From the NCBI GenBank assembly GCA_965116885.1, contig OZ220741.1, positions 1,216,001-1,280,000 on the forward strand: DNA of 64,000 nucleotides, given 5' to 3'. Shown here piece by piece: positions 9,385-18,928 of the stretch. The position numbers were made by a program, and so were the translations under genes. Numbering within the stretch: position 1 is the first letter of the stretch; each line of letters begins with the position of its first letter. The stretch comes from Candidatus Latescibacterota bacterium. Lineage in GTDB: Bacteria > Latescibacterota > UBA2968. Under the pieces are notes generated by a model. That model was given only the letters and a program-made list of their open reading frames with translations, had not been told where the DNA came from and did not search any database.

Positions 9385-9485
9385 GGTTTTTTAGCATTGT
9401 TAATCGCATTGACCACAGTGAGTTATCAGGCGAGGAAAATTGCCCGCACCAATCCCGTGGATGCCCTGAGATATGAGTGAGCTAT
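9385..9485 (+). repeat. Isolated copy of a permease 3' end (direct repeat of 6141-6241)
   Basis: Encodes GFLALLIALTTVSYQARKIARTNPVDALRYE*, 28/31 aa identical to the 6141-6236 copy, with the same GCTAT after the stop. Confidence 0.9.
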
Positions 9486-9596
9486 ATAACCCCTTGTTTT
9501 TTCGCTTAAATTGAGACTCTGTTTACAGGCCGTCCCTTAAAAGAAAAACAGAAATCCGACAAGACCAGATCGCCGGTCCTGGACGAGTCTGCACTG

Positions 9597-9956
9597 GTGG
9601 AAGGGCGACTGATGGAAGCGAACTGGGCTTGTGGGACAGCAGAACTGCACTACATTCCACAAAGGGTCGTGCTGTTGCGTTTTGATCCGTCTCTGAACGA
9701 CGACATGCGTCGGCTGGCGACACAATATGTGGAGATCAGAGGCCGTGGTCGCTTCAACGACAATGACGAATGGGATGTTATTTACGTAGAGCAGATAACC
9801 GACACGCGATCATGGTCAGAGCCATTTGACCTCGACGCATTTCGCAACGATCCCAATCCGAAAATTTTCGATCCCGATAAAGTAGTCGCCATTGACTTGA
9901 CAGAAGAAGAGTGGGAGGCTTTCCAGCGTGCGATATGTGAAGGACGGGATGTTTGA
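9597..9956 (+). CDS. Hypothetical protein, probably a 5'-truncated fragment with an antitoxin-like C-terminus
   Basis: Frame open from 9510 with no good start; ends LTEEEWEAFQRAICEGRDV and overlaps a PIN remnant. Confidence 0.45.
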   Translation: MEGRLMEANWACGTAELHYIPQRVVLLRFDPSLNDDMRRLATQYVEIRGRGRFNDNDEWDVIYVEQITDTRSWSEPFDLDAFRNDPNPKIFDPDKVVAIDLTEEEWEAFQRAICEGRDV

Positions 9957-10011
9957 TGCTTTCCTGATTGTTGATACCGATACCATCATCGACTTCTTAA
10001 GACATCAGTAG
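9949..10011 (+). pseudogene. Truncated PIN/VapC toxin N-terminus
   Basis: MFDAFLIVDTDTIIDFLRHQ*; VDTDxxIDFLR is a VapC start motif. Confidence 0.6.
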
Positions 10012-10022
10012 GACTCGGACAC

Positions 10023-10547
10023 TTACTTTTTTAACTTTACAAATTCTGCAAAACCCATCCTCTTTCCAGTGAGCGAAAAGATGACCATTTCATGACATAC
10101 AACAACAACACGCTGAAAGGTCCGGTATCGTTCCAATACGCGACCAACACGACTACGCACACTGGACATCGGCTCCCAATCTCTCGTCTCTCCTATAGGC
10201 CACTCACCTCCCAACTCACGCATTTCTGCTTCTGTTTCTTCGACAAGCGCCATTGAATCGCGCCATCCGCAAATCCATTCGTGCAGATCAAACTCGACTC
10301 GAAGTGGAAGATTGAGTATCCGGCTGAGTATAGCAGCCGATTGGAGCGCCCGTGACATTGGAGACGAGATAATAATCTGAGGATCTTCCGTTGACAGGGA
10401 CTTTGAAGCATTCTCAATCTGGCTGATCCCCTTATCGGTCAACGGAATAATATGGGCTGCCCAACCCTCCTCTGCGCCTTTGAGATTCCCACCAGCAGCT
10501 AAATCCCAAATGGGTTCTCCATGCCGAATAAGATAGAAAGTCGTCAT
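10023..10547 (-). CDS. Histidine phosphatase family protein
   Basis: YLIRHGE, SSPMSRALQSA, LHEW, VVVCH. Confidence 0.88.
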   Translation of the reverse strand: MTTFYLIRHGEPIWDLAAGGNLKGAEEGWAAHIIPLTDKGISQIENASKSLSTEDPQIIISSPMSRALQSAAILSRILNLPLRVEFDLHEWICGWRDSMALVEETEAEMRELGGEWPIGETRDWEPMSSVRSRVGRVLERYRTFQRVVVVCHEMVIFSLTGKRMGFAEFVKLKK

Positions 10548-10614
10548 TCCTCAATCTCCATTGATATGTGTGAAACGGAAAGAATCTCAACAGCACACGC
10601 CATCGTACCTGTTG

Positions 10615-10644
10615 ACCGTTCATCAGCCTGTTAAACCGCTTATC
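10615..10644 (+). promoter_or_regulatory. Candidate LytTR-binding direct repeat
   Basis: ACCGTTCATC and ACCGCTTATC 20 bp apart, upstream of the hydrolase/kinase/LytTR operon. Confidence 0.45.
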
Positions 10645-10728
10645 ATGTTTTGCTTCTTAAAACGCGATTCCTGCCTACCTTTTGATCGATCACAACAGAG
10701 AAGTACTCACTATCAAAAGGAGGATGGC

Positions 10729-11646
10729 ATGCCAAAATGGAAACACATCATATTGCAAATCAATGCACTCTTCATCGCGCTTTTAACACCGGATCCTACA
10801 TCTGCACAGACAGATAATGCACAACCTTTCAAAGTACAAATAACGGGATCCGGGCATCCGATGATCTTAATTCCCGGTCTAAGCAGCTCTGGAGACGTTT
10901 GGTGCGAAACAGTCAGCCGATACCAGAACAGCTTTGAATGCCACGTCTTTACACTCGCGGGATTTGCCGGACAGCCCCCTGTGCAAACAGACCACTATTT
11001 GCAAACCATGAGAGACGCGCTTATTGCATATATTCAGGAAAACGACCTGAAAAAACCAATCCTTGCAGGACACAGTTTGGGCGGTTTTCTATCATTGTGG
11101 GTTGCTGCAAGCATACCCGAAAGCGTGGGATCGCTTATTATAGTCGATGCAGTACCCTTTTTACCCGCACTACAAAATCCAGCGGCAACAGTTGAATTTA
11201 TGCGTGTGCCAGCAGAACAAACACGCGCCTATATACTTTCCCAAACACCTGAACAAAGAGAAAAAGCAACACCATCTATGCTCAAAATGATGATCACAGA
11301 CCCTGCAAAAGTAGATACGGCTGTCGTATGGAGTCTATCTTCGGACCCAAACACAGTTGCACAAGCAATGTACGAAATGTTTTTAACCGACTTGCGAACC
11401 GAAATAAAAAAAATACAAACACCTGTTTTGGTACTGGGAGCCTGGATTTCGGGGCAATCTCATGGCGCAACGCGAGAAAGTTCACTGGCCGCATATCAAA
11501 AACAGTATGATCAAGTTAAGAATTGCGAAATATGGATGACGGACACCGGCAAACATTTTATTATGTGGGACGACCCAGAGGGCTACTTTACGACCATTGA
11601 TGCGTTCCTCTCTCTCAAGACAACCACGCCCCAGACTCCCAGGTGA
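10729..11646 (+). CDS. Secreted alpha/beta hydrolase
   Basis: Signal-peptide-like N-terminus, IPGL, GHSLGG, KHFIMWD; AGGAGG ribosome-binding site. Confidence 0.88.
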   Translation: MPKWKHIILQINALFIALLTPDPTSAQTDNAQPFKVQITGSGHPMILIPGLSSSGDVWCETVSRYQNSFECHVFTLAGFAGQPPVQTDHYLQTMRDALIAYIQENDLKKPILAGHSLGGFLSLWVAASIPESVGSLIIVDAVPFLPALQNPAATVEFMRVPAEQTRAYILSQTPEQREKATPSMLKMMITDPAKVDTAVVWSLSSDPNTVAQAMYEMFLTDLRTEIKKIQTPVLVLGAWISGQSHGATRESSLAAYQKQYDQVKNCEIWMTDTGKHFIMWDDPEGYFTTIDAFLSLKTTTPQTPR

Positions 11647-11653
11647 GCACAAT

Positions 11654-12709
11654 ATGTCCGAGATCAAAAACCACAGCAAAGCGTATTGGACCTGTCAGAT
11701 TTTGGGATGGGGAATTTACGGCCTGCTCAACACATTTTTTTTATCCGCTTTTCAGACCATTACCGCACAAAATCTGGGCATCACCGTTTTTGGATCTATC
11801 CAACTTTTATTGTGGACACACCTGCTCAGAACCATATTCAAAAAACGGCATTGGGTCACACTGCCTTTGTGGAAACTCTTTATCAGAGTATTGATAGCCG
11901 ACCTTGTCATTGCGATTATCAGCCAGAGCATTCAAATCTTTGGTTATCTTTATATAGACGAGACGCTTACGATTGAACAATTCCGTTGGAAATTGTATGG
12001 CATCCAAATACTCAACACGAACTTTATCCTCTGGATATGGTCGCTGTTATATGTCGTGTTCCACATGTTTGACATAACCAAACGCGGAGAACGCGAAAAA
12101 TGGGAATTACAAACAGCGGTTAAAGAAGCCGAATTGATGGCACTAAAAGCCCAGATAAATCCTCATTTTCTTTTTAACAGCCTCAACAATATCCGCGCTC
12201 TGGTCATTGAAAATCCTGCACGAGCACGCGACATGATCTCAAAACTGTCTGAGCTATTCCGATACGCGCTGCAGGTCAGCAGCACCAGAAGTGTGTCGTT
12301 AAAAGAGGAATTGGCAATTGTGAAAAACTATCTCCAACTCGAAGCCGTCCAGTTGGAAGACAGGTTGCGTTATCGGTTTGACATCGCGCCGGAAACACAA
12401 CAAGTCGAAATTCCCCCGATGACCATACAAACCCTGGTCGAAAATGCCATTCGACACGGCATTGCACAGCATCCCGATGGTGGCGAAATCTCAATTCGGA
12501 CAACCCTTCAGCAAACTGTTATGGAGGTCTGCATTGTAAACACCGGCCAAATGAAAAACAACGCAACACATGACGGCATTGGCCTGCAAAACACCAGAGA
12601 ACGTCTGCGCCTTTTATTTGGAGAAACCGCGCAATTAACGGTTGAAAATACGTCTCAAAATCAGGTCTGTGCAAAATTTCAAGTGCCGCTCACTGGACAA
12701 CAAATATGA
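11654..12709 (+). CDS. LytS/YehU-family sensor histidine kinase
   Basis: LKAQINPHFLFNSLN, LVENAIRHG, GIGLQN; N-terminal transmembrane helices. Confidence 0.93.
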   Translation: MSEIKNHSKAYWTCQILGWGIYGLLNTFFLSAFQTITAQNLGITVFGSIQLLLWTHLLRTIFKKRHWVTLPLWKLFIRVLIADLVIAIISQSIQIFGYLYIDETLTIEQFRWKLYGIQILNTNFILWIWSLLYVVFHMFDITKRGEREKWELQTAVKEAELMALKAQINPHFLFNSLNNIRALVIENPARARDMISKLSELFRYALQVSSTRSVSLKEELAIVKNYLQLEAVQLEDRLRYRFDIAPETQQVEIPPMTIQTLVENAIRHGIAQHPDGGEISIRTTLQQTVMEVCIVNTGQMKNNATHDGIGLQNTRERLRLLFGETAQLTVENTSQNQVCAKFQVPLTGQQI

Positions 12710-13419
12710 ATGCATTGATTGTCGATGATTCCCGACTTGCCCGTCAGGAATTAAAACACTTACTCAAAGCTTTTGAGGCCATCACTGTCGCAGGTGAAGC
12801 CGCAAATGCAGATGCAGCACGGCAACAACTCAAAAGACTATCTGTCGATGTGATCTTCCTCGACATTCAGATGCCCGGACAAGACGGTTTTGAATTGCTT
12901 GAAACCCTCGACCAGGTACCACAGGTGATCTTTACAACCGCCTACGACGAATATGCCATTCGGGCGTTTGAAGTAAACGCGCTCGACTACTTGCTAAAAC
13001 CCATTCAGCCTGAACGCCTTGCAAGCGCGATTGAAAAATTACAAGCCCAAACGCTTTCTCCCGATGAAACTGTTGCACCGGCATTGACAGATTCGAGTCG
13101 CGTCTTTGTAAAAGACGGGGACCAGTGCTGGTTTATCACACTCTCAGACATTCAATTGTTCGAAGTCTCTGGCAACTACACGCGGGTCTATTTTCAAAAA
13201 TTCAAACCCCTTATTCCGCGCACCCTCAACCACCTTGAAGAGCGTTTGGACAAACGCATATTTTTCCGTGTCAATCGCCAACAAATTATCAATTTACAGT
13301 ATATTGAAAAAATTGAGCCCTATTTTCAAGGCAGCCTGAAAGTATTTTTGAAAGGGGGCTATGAAATAGAAATTTCCCGACGTCAGACACAAAAATTCCG
13401 AGAGCGCCTGAGTCTTTAA
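12706..13419 (+). CDS. LytTR-family response regulator
   Basis: Receiver domain (VDD, FLDIQMP, YLLKP) plus LytTR domain (FFRVNRQQIINL). Confidence 0.94.
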   Translation: MNALIVDDSRLARQELKHLLKAFEAITVAGEAANADAARQQLKRLSVDVIFLDIQMPGQDGFELLETLDQVPQVIFTTAYDEYAIRAFEVNALDYLLKPIQPERLASAIEKLQAQTLSPDETVAPALTDSSRVFVKDGDQCWFITLSDIQLFEVSGNYTRVYFQKFKPLIPRTLNHLEERLDKRIFFRVNRQQIINLQYIEKIEPYFQGSLKVFLKGGYEIEISRRQTQKFRERLSL

Positions 13420-13467
13420 TCTGTGCGATCCAGCCATTGTGAAATAATGGTTCTACAGCTAATATAG

Positions 13468-13504
13468 CAGGCACATTGAAATTAAAACAATGTGCCTGTT
13501 TTTA
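13468..13504 (+). terminator. Intrinsic terminator after the LytTR operon
   Basis: CAGGCACATTG-loop-CAATGTGCCTG followed by TTTTT. Confidence 0.8.
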
Positions 13505-13613
13505 TTATAAGTGTTCATTTTCGGACACTACTGTATCAAAATCGGACACTTATTGAACGACGTTCATGACACAAATTTCCATAACTACTTGTAAAACATA
13601 GAGAAGATGTTTT

Positions 13614-13629
13614 TGGCACGGGAATTGCT
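13614..13629 (+). promoter_or_regulatory. sigma54 (-24/-12) promoter
   Basis: TGGCACGGGAATTGCT matches TGGCAC-N5-TTGC. Confidence 0.85.
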
Positions 13630-13737
13630 TAGTATTTTGATACATTCACGCTTTCGCGTATCGCATTGTATCGGACATCGGTATTTTTTACGTCGAGGAA
13701 TATCAGTCTGCATTGAAAACGACATCCGGAGGTCAAC

Positions 13738-16218
13738 ATGTTTCGCGGTTATCTCATAGCCACCATTCGCACCTTGCTAAAAAACAGGGGCTTGACAGCG
13801 ATTAATATCCTGGGTCTGGCAATTGGAATGGCATCTGTAATTTTGATCATCCTCTACATTCAGTACGAACTGAGCTATGACCGACACCATGCCCATGCGA
13901 ACCGCATCTACGGCGTTTTTCGCGTCATGTCAATGGAAAATACCACATCGGTCAATCCGCGTGCATCTGGCGCACTGGCACCGGCATTAAAGCGCGATTT
14001 CCCCGAAGTACAGGAAGCCATCCGCGTACAACGGCTCGACGCTTGGGTGCAAACCCAAACCCGCTTTTTTCAGCAAGACATGTGTGTGGCAGACCCAGAG
14101 ATTTTCAATGTGTTCACCATTCCATTTATAAGCGGCGATCCGAACACGGCATTGACGCAGTCGGGCTCAATGGTGCTAACAGAGTCAATGGCGCGCAAAT
14201 TCTTTCAGAACCAGAATCCAATAGGAAAAGCCCTGCAAGTAGATCACCAGGAACTGAGCGGCACCTACTTTGTAACGGGTATTGTGCGCGACTTTCCACC
14301 CAATTCGACCTTTTATTTTGATTGCCTGACCGCCACGCCAAAGGGCGCAATGGCGGACATGTGGGCGATATGGCAGCCCACGGGTGTTTTTCGTCCCTTT
14401 TTCACATATATTCTATTGCCCGAAGGATACGACCACCGCGCACTACAGCAAAAACTGCCCGATTTGATAACGCGATACATGGGTGATGAGGTGCGCCAAA
14501 CAACCCGGTACATCTTGCAACCCCTCACCCGCAGGCACCTTTATAGCACTGCGGATTTGGGACTTACGACTGCCGAATATGGCGATATCAAGCAGGTATA
14601 TGCTTTTGGGCTGGTGGCGGGCTTTATTCTCTTATTAGCCTGTGTCAATTTTATGAATCTCTCAACAGCGCGCTCATCCACCAGAGCACGCGAGGTGGGA
14701 TTGCGAAAAGTGGTGGGCGCATCTCGCCGGCAATTGATCGGACAATTTTTGGGCGAATCCGTGCTCGTGTCACTGGCTGCAATGGTGGTGGCTGTCGCAC
14801 TATTTGAACTGGTCCTGCCGTGGTTTAACAGCTTTATCCAGCGGGATCTGACATTGTACAGCACTGAAAATCTGTGGTGGCTGATCGGGTTGATCGGATT
14901 TGGACTGGGCGTAGGTGTACTCGCGGGAAGTTATCCCGCATTTGTACTCTCATCCTTCCTGCCCACGCAGGTGATGAAGGGGGATTGGATACCCGGATCG
15001 AAACACATTGGGCTGCGAAAAGCACTCGTGGTCTTCCAATTTGCAATTTCAATTGCTTTTATCACAGGCACTGTTGTCGTACAAGAGCAACTGGCGTATA
15101 TCCGAAACAAAGACCTCGGATTCGACAAAGAACTCGTCGTCGGCATACCGCTTTTCATCTATTCTCGGCAACTACATCACGGGAATCGAGACGATCTGAG
15201 ATGGCGTATTCCCACGGTAAAAGAGGTGTTCATGGAACACCCAAATATCTTAAAAGCCACAGCCACGCGTTTTCATCAAGGTGGATATCATACGACAGAT
15301 ACTTTTCGAGCTGAAGGCAGTGACGCAGATTGGCAGATGGGCCTGTTTGATATCGACCGCGATTTTCTGGACTTCTTCAACATCGAACTCGTGGCAGGCC
15401 GTCTGGCACCAGAACCACCAAGGCCGCCAGGCAAAATAATAACTCTTGAAGAGTGGCAAGAATACAACAAAAAACTGCAAGCATATCAGGAAAAAGGCCG
15501 GCCATTTATCTTAAATGAAACAGCCGTAAGGCATCTCGGATGGGATGATCCAATAGGCAAACGTTTTAAAGAAAAAAAAGAGCCAGAGGGATATGTGGTA
15601 GGCGTAATAAAAGATTTTCATGCTCAGACATTGCACAATGCCATTCGACCCGTTGTATTCAGAGTTTTTACGGGAGGTGCCAAACATCTCTACCTCAAAC
15701 TGGGCACACAGAACATACCGGAAACACTCGCTTTTATAGAAAAAACATGGCATGAATTTTTACCTCAAATCCCCTTCACTTTCTGGTTTTTGAATGATGA
15801 CCTGACACATGTGCGTTATGAAAATGAAATCCGCACGGGAAATGCACTAACGGTGTTTTCCGGACTGACAATCTTCGTAGCATGCCTGGGACTACTCGGC
15901 CTTATCTCGTTTCGCGCAGAACAAAAAACAAAAGAAATTGGCATTCGGAAAGTCCTGGGCGCATCAATATTCAGTATCTTCAATCTGTTATCCAAAGAAT
16001 TTGTCAAGCTCGTAATCATCGCCTGTGTAATCGCCAGTCCAATAGCCTATCTGTTTGCAGGCAGATGGTTGCAGGACTTCGCCTATCGCATCGACCTTCA
16101 CCTTATGTATTTTCTCATAGGCGGTGTCCTCGCGCTCTTACTTGCACTTGCAACCATGACCTATCAAGCCCTCAAAGCCGCACGGACAAATCCAGTAGAT
16201 GCTTTGCGGACGGAGTAA
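13738..16218 (+). CDS. MacB/FtsX-family ABC transporter permease
   Basis: INILGLAIG, ACVNFMNLSTAR, KTKEIGIRKVLGAS, NPVDALRTE; GGAGG ribosome-binding site. Confidence 0.94.
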   Translation: MFRGYLIATIRTLLKNRGLTAINILGLAIGMASVILIILYIQYELSYDRHHAHANRIYGVFRVMSMENTTSVNPRASGALAPALKRDFPEVQEAIRVQRLDAWVQTQTRFFQQDMCVADPEIFNVFTIPFISGDPNTALTQSGSMVLTESMARKFFQNQNPIGKALQVDHQELSGTYFVTGIVRDFPPNSTFYFDCLTATPKGAMADMWAIWQPTGVFRPFFTYILLPEGYDHRALQQKLPDLITRYMGDEVRQTTRYILQPLTRRHLYSTADLGLTTAEYGDIKQVYAFGLVAGFILLLACVNFMNLSTARSSTRAREVGLRKVVGASRRQLIGQFLGESVLVSLAAMVVAVALFELVLPWFNSFIQRDLTLYSTENLWWLIGLIGFGLGVGVLAGSYPAFVLSSFLPTQVMKGDWIPGSKHIGLRKALVVFQFAISIAFITGTVVVQEQLAYIRNKDLGFDKELVVGIPLFIYSRQLHHGNRDDLRWRIPTVKEVFMEHPNILKATATRFHQGGYHTTDTFRAEGSDADWQMGLFDIDRDFLDFFNIELVAGRLAPEPPRPPGKIITLEEWQEYNKKLQAYQEKGRPFILNETAVRHLGWDDPIGKRFKEKKEPEGYVVGVIKDFHAQTLHNAIRPVVFRVFTGGAKHLYLKLGTQNIPETLAFIEKTWHEFLPQIPFTFWFLNDDLTHVRYENEIRTGNALTVFSGLTIFVACLGLLGLISFRAEQKTKEIGIRKVLGASIFSIFNLLSKEFVKLVIIACVIASPIAYLFAGRWLQDFAYRIDLHLMYFLIGGVLALLLALATMTYQALKAARTNPVDALRTE

Positions 16219-16281
16219 AAACAGAAGCTGTGGGGCAGCGTCTCATGCTTTTACATATTCACAATAGATAATGAGGAAAAC

Positions 16282-18522
16282 ATGAAAGTGGGGTCAGTGA
16301 TTTATACAGGTTTTATACTCCTGTTTTGCATATTTAGTGCTGGCTCATCCAGAGGAGAAGCCACAATAGACACACTGTTTCAAAATGCAATGGAACAAGT
16401 CGGACAGGTGAGTCCTGAAGAAAGCATCAAGGCGTTCGAGGCGATTATTTCCAAAGACAGAAATTATGCGCCTGCATACAACGAATTGGCCAAACTGCAT
16501 TTGCTGGATTATAGCGTAAATGGCCGACAACGGGCGAGACAGATAATTCAGAAAGCAATCGAACAGGATCACAAGAATCCAACCTATCAACTGACACGAG
16601 CAAAAATTATGTGGTCGCAGGGCTTTTGGGAGGAGGCGTTAAATCAGTATAAGAAGGTTCATCCGAAAAATACAGAAGCCCTTGATGGTATTGGTATGGC
16701 TCTGGTGTACGAATATCTGTCGATGCGGGACGAAGTCAAAGCCAGAGACAGGGACTTTAGCGGCTTTGCTGCAAAGGCTAACAAAGAAGCCGAGCAAGTA
16801 TTGCTCAAAAGCATCCAATTGAACCCGGAGAATCAGACACCTTATTATTTGCTGGGGATGCTCTATTTTGAAAGCCAGCGTTTTGCAGACTTTCAAGCCT
16901 TGATGAAAAACCTGAAAATGCACTATCCAACAGATAAGAATGTGCTGTTGTTCTGCGGTCTTGCTGAATATGAGGTGGGCGAATTTAACAGCGCACATCA
17001 ATTCTACGCACAGGCACTGGAGCAAATGAGCTTGGGTGAACGCGAGTTGATGGAGTCCATTGATTTGCTTGTGCCACAAGAAGATCCGGATATTCCCGTC
17101 TTGCAATTGTCGCAGGATAAAATTAGCCAGTCTGACGAACTGCTGAGCCGCAACAATTTTTGGAAAAGCCAGGACCCACTCTATTTGTCAGAATTTAACG
17201 AAAGAAAAATGGAACATTTTGGACGCATGGCGTATGCGAATTTGCGGTTCAGACAATTTTCAGATGATATGGAAGGCTGGCAGACAGATATGGGCAAAAC
17301 CTATATCAAATTTGGAAAATTTCGATATCGAAAATCGAGTTCAGTGAGGCGGGTGGAAACCTGGTTTTACGAACAGTTCAAAATTTTTTTTACAGGAAAT
17401 GGCGCTGATCGGTGGCGTTTTGGCGGTGGATTCGAGATCGCTGGTAAACGCTTAAGCCCATCCAGAGCGGCAAGTGCATTTGATGATACCAATGCCGTAG
17501 CTAATTTATTCAGAAGAGAGCCAGGACGAAATGTATATCCCACCAGATTTGAGGAGCGTTCAGACCTTATTTTTTTTAAGACTGAACAGCGTTATGTTGA
17601 TCCGTATCTAAATCGAAAATACACCTTACCCTATCTGGTCGCCGTCTTTCAAGAACGAGACAGCGTGCGGGTTGAACTCAGTTATATGATTCCAAAAGAC
17701 CGCTTAAAAGAGAACCCTGAAACCGGCAAGGTGAGCTTCTGGGATGGCGTGTTCTTATTTGATGAGCATTGGGATGAGATATATAACTATCGCAAATCCG
17801 TGAACTTCGCATTGCCACCACCTGTACCTGCCGAAAACGCAGCCGCAAGACATCGGAACAATCACTTACTGATCTCGCGCAATCTGTATGCGTCCCAAGG
17901 TACTTATCATTTCTCTGTTGAATTATTGGATCAAACATCGGGTGCAATTGGTATAGCACGCAATGAAGAGCAATTTTTGTATAACCAGGAGACCTTTCAT
18001 TTGAGCGATCTATTGGTGGCGAGTAATATTCAAACAAGAAATGCGTTTCCAGAACACCGTGATGACGTGATCATCACACCCAATCCCGTTCGCACCTTTT
18101 CACGATCAGAATCGATCTTCATTTATCTGGAACTCTATGATTTGCAACGCGATAAGTTCGGAAGAACACACTATCAAATCTCCTATACCATTAGCAAGCC
18201 AGAGGTGGATACAGTATCTCCTGCGTTATTTATGTCTCAAAAATTACTCGATACTCTGGGAAAAACAGAGATTGATATAAGTGTCAGGAGCCAGGTGCAT
18301 CATACAGAGGCGCAAGATTTGAATATCGAACGCTCACAGGACAGTGATGTGATCCGCACAGTAACAGCCAATTACGAAGGCAATCGAGAAGATGACTTCA
18401 CCTACTTGCAGATCAATGTGAACCAGATACCCGAAGGGATTTATCAATTAACCGTATTCGCGAAAGACGAACAGACCGAGCAGACGGATATGCAACACAT
18501 CTATTTCCGTATCGTAGAATAA
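16282..18522 (+). CDS. TPR- and GWxTD-domain exported protein
   Basis: Signal peptide, TPR-like repeats, FW..QDP...NERKMEH, EGWQTDMGKTYIKFG. Confidence 0.85.
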   Translation: MKVGSVIYTGFILLFCIFSAGSSRGEATIDTLFQNAMEQVGQVSPEESIKAFEAIISKDRNYAPAYNELAKLHLLDYSVNGRQRARQIIQKAIEQDHKNPTYQLTRAKIMWSQGFWEEALNQYKKVHPKNTEALDGIGMALVYEYLSMRDEVKARDRDFSGFAAKANKEAEQVLLKSIQLNPENQTPYYLLGMLYFESQRFADFQALMKNLKMHYPTDKNVLLFCGLAEYEVGEFNSAHQFYAQALEQMSLGERELMESIDLLVPQEDPDIPVLQLSQDKISQSDELLSRNNFWKSQDPLYLSEFNERKMEHFGRMAYANLRFRQFSDDMEGWQTDMGKTYIKFGKFRYRKSSSVRRVETWFYEQFKIFFTGNGADRWRFGGGFEIAGKRLSPSRAASAFDDTNAVANLFRREPGRNVYPTRFEERSDLIFFKTEQRYVDPYLNRKYTLPYLVAVFQERDSVRVELSYMIPKDRLKENPETGKVSFWDGVFLFDEHWDEIYNYRKSVNFALPPPVPAENAAARHRNNHLLISRNLYASQGTYHFSVELLDQTSGAIGIARNEEQFLYNQETFHLSDLLVASNIQTRNAFPEHRDDVIITPNPVRTFSRSESIFIYLELYDLQRDKFGRTHYQISYTISKPEVDTVSPALFMSQKLLDTLGKTEIDISVRSQVHHTEAQDLNIERSQDSDVIRTVTANYEGNREDDFTYLQINVNQIPEGIYQLTVFAKDEQTEQTDMQHIYFRIVE

Positions 18523-18676
18523 ATATTGGATACCAATTCATGGTTAGCTATATTTTTTAAATTGAAGACTTGGGTGGTATTAAAATTTACGATCCTGTAC
18601 AAGAAATAGCCGTTGAACACTGACCGAAGTAGAATAAACCCCTTGCACACAATAAAGCGTTGTACTCATTGTGATA

Positions 18677-18884
18677 AATAATAGTTCTACAGATGATACA
18701 GCAGGCATATTGAAATCAAAACAATGTGCCTGTTTTTTATTATAAGTGTTCATTTTCGGACACTACTGTATCAAAATCGGACACTTATGGAACGGCGTTC
18801 ATGACACAAATTTTCATAACTATTTGTAAAACATAGAAAAGAGTCTTTTGGCACGGAAATTGCTTAGTATTTTGATACACTCAC
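18677..18884 (+). repeat. About 205 bp regulatory module, copy 2
   Basis: Near-identical to 13443-13649, including the hairpin and enhancer-like sites. Confidence 0.92.
18849..18864 (+). promoter_or_regulatory. sigma54 (-24/-12) promoter
   Basis: TGGCACGGAAATTGCT. Confidence 0.85.
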
Positions 18885-18928
18885 TTTACCTGTATGGTGC
18901 AAATCCTATCCCTGCACAGGAAAAACCA

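Larger units (their letters stand above)
13443..13649 (+). repeat. About 205 bp regulatory module, copy 1 (terminator + enhancer-like sites + sigma54 promoter)
   Basis: Near-identical to 18677-18884. Confidence 0.92.

Noticed and set aside
2125..9485. CRISPR array or classical integron
   Set aside because: The repeats are kilobases apart and derive from coding ends; no regular spacers, cas genes, intI or recognisable attC sites.
18848..18928. N-terminal extension of the permease given by the ORF track
   Set aside because: It overlaps the sigma54 promoter; ATG 18929 matches paralogue starts. Similar over-extensions at 5781, 10561, 26248, 47282 and 61934 were trimmed.
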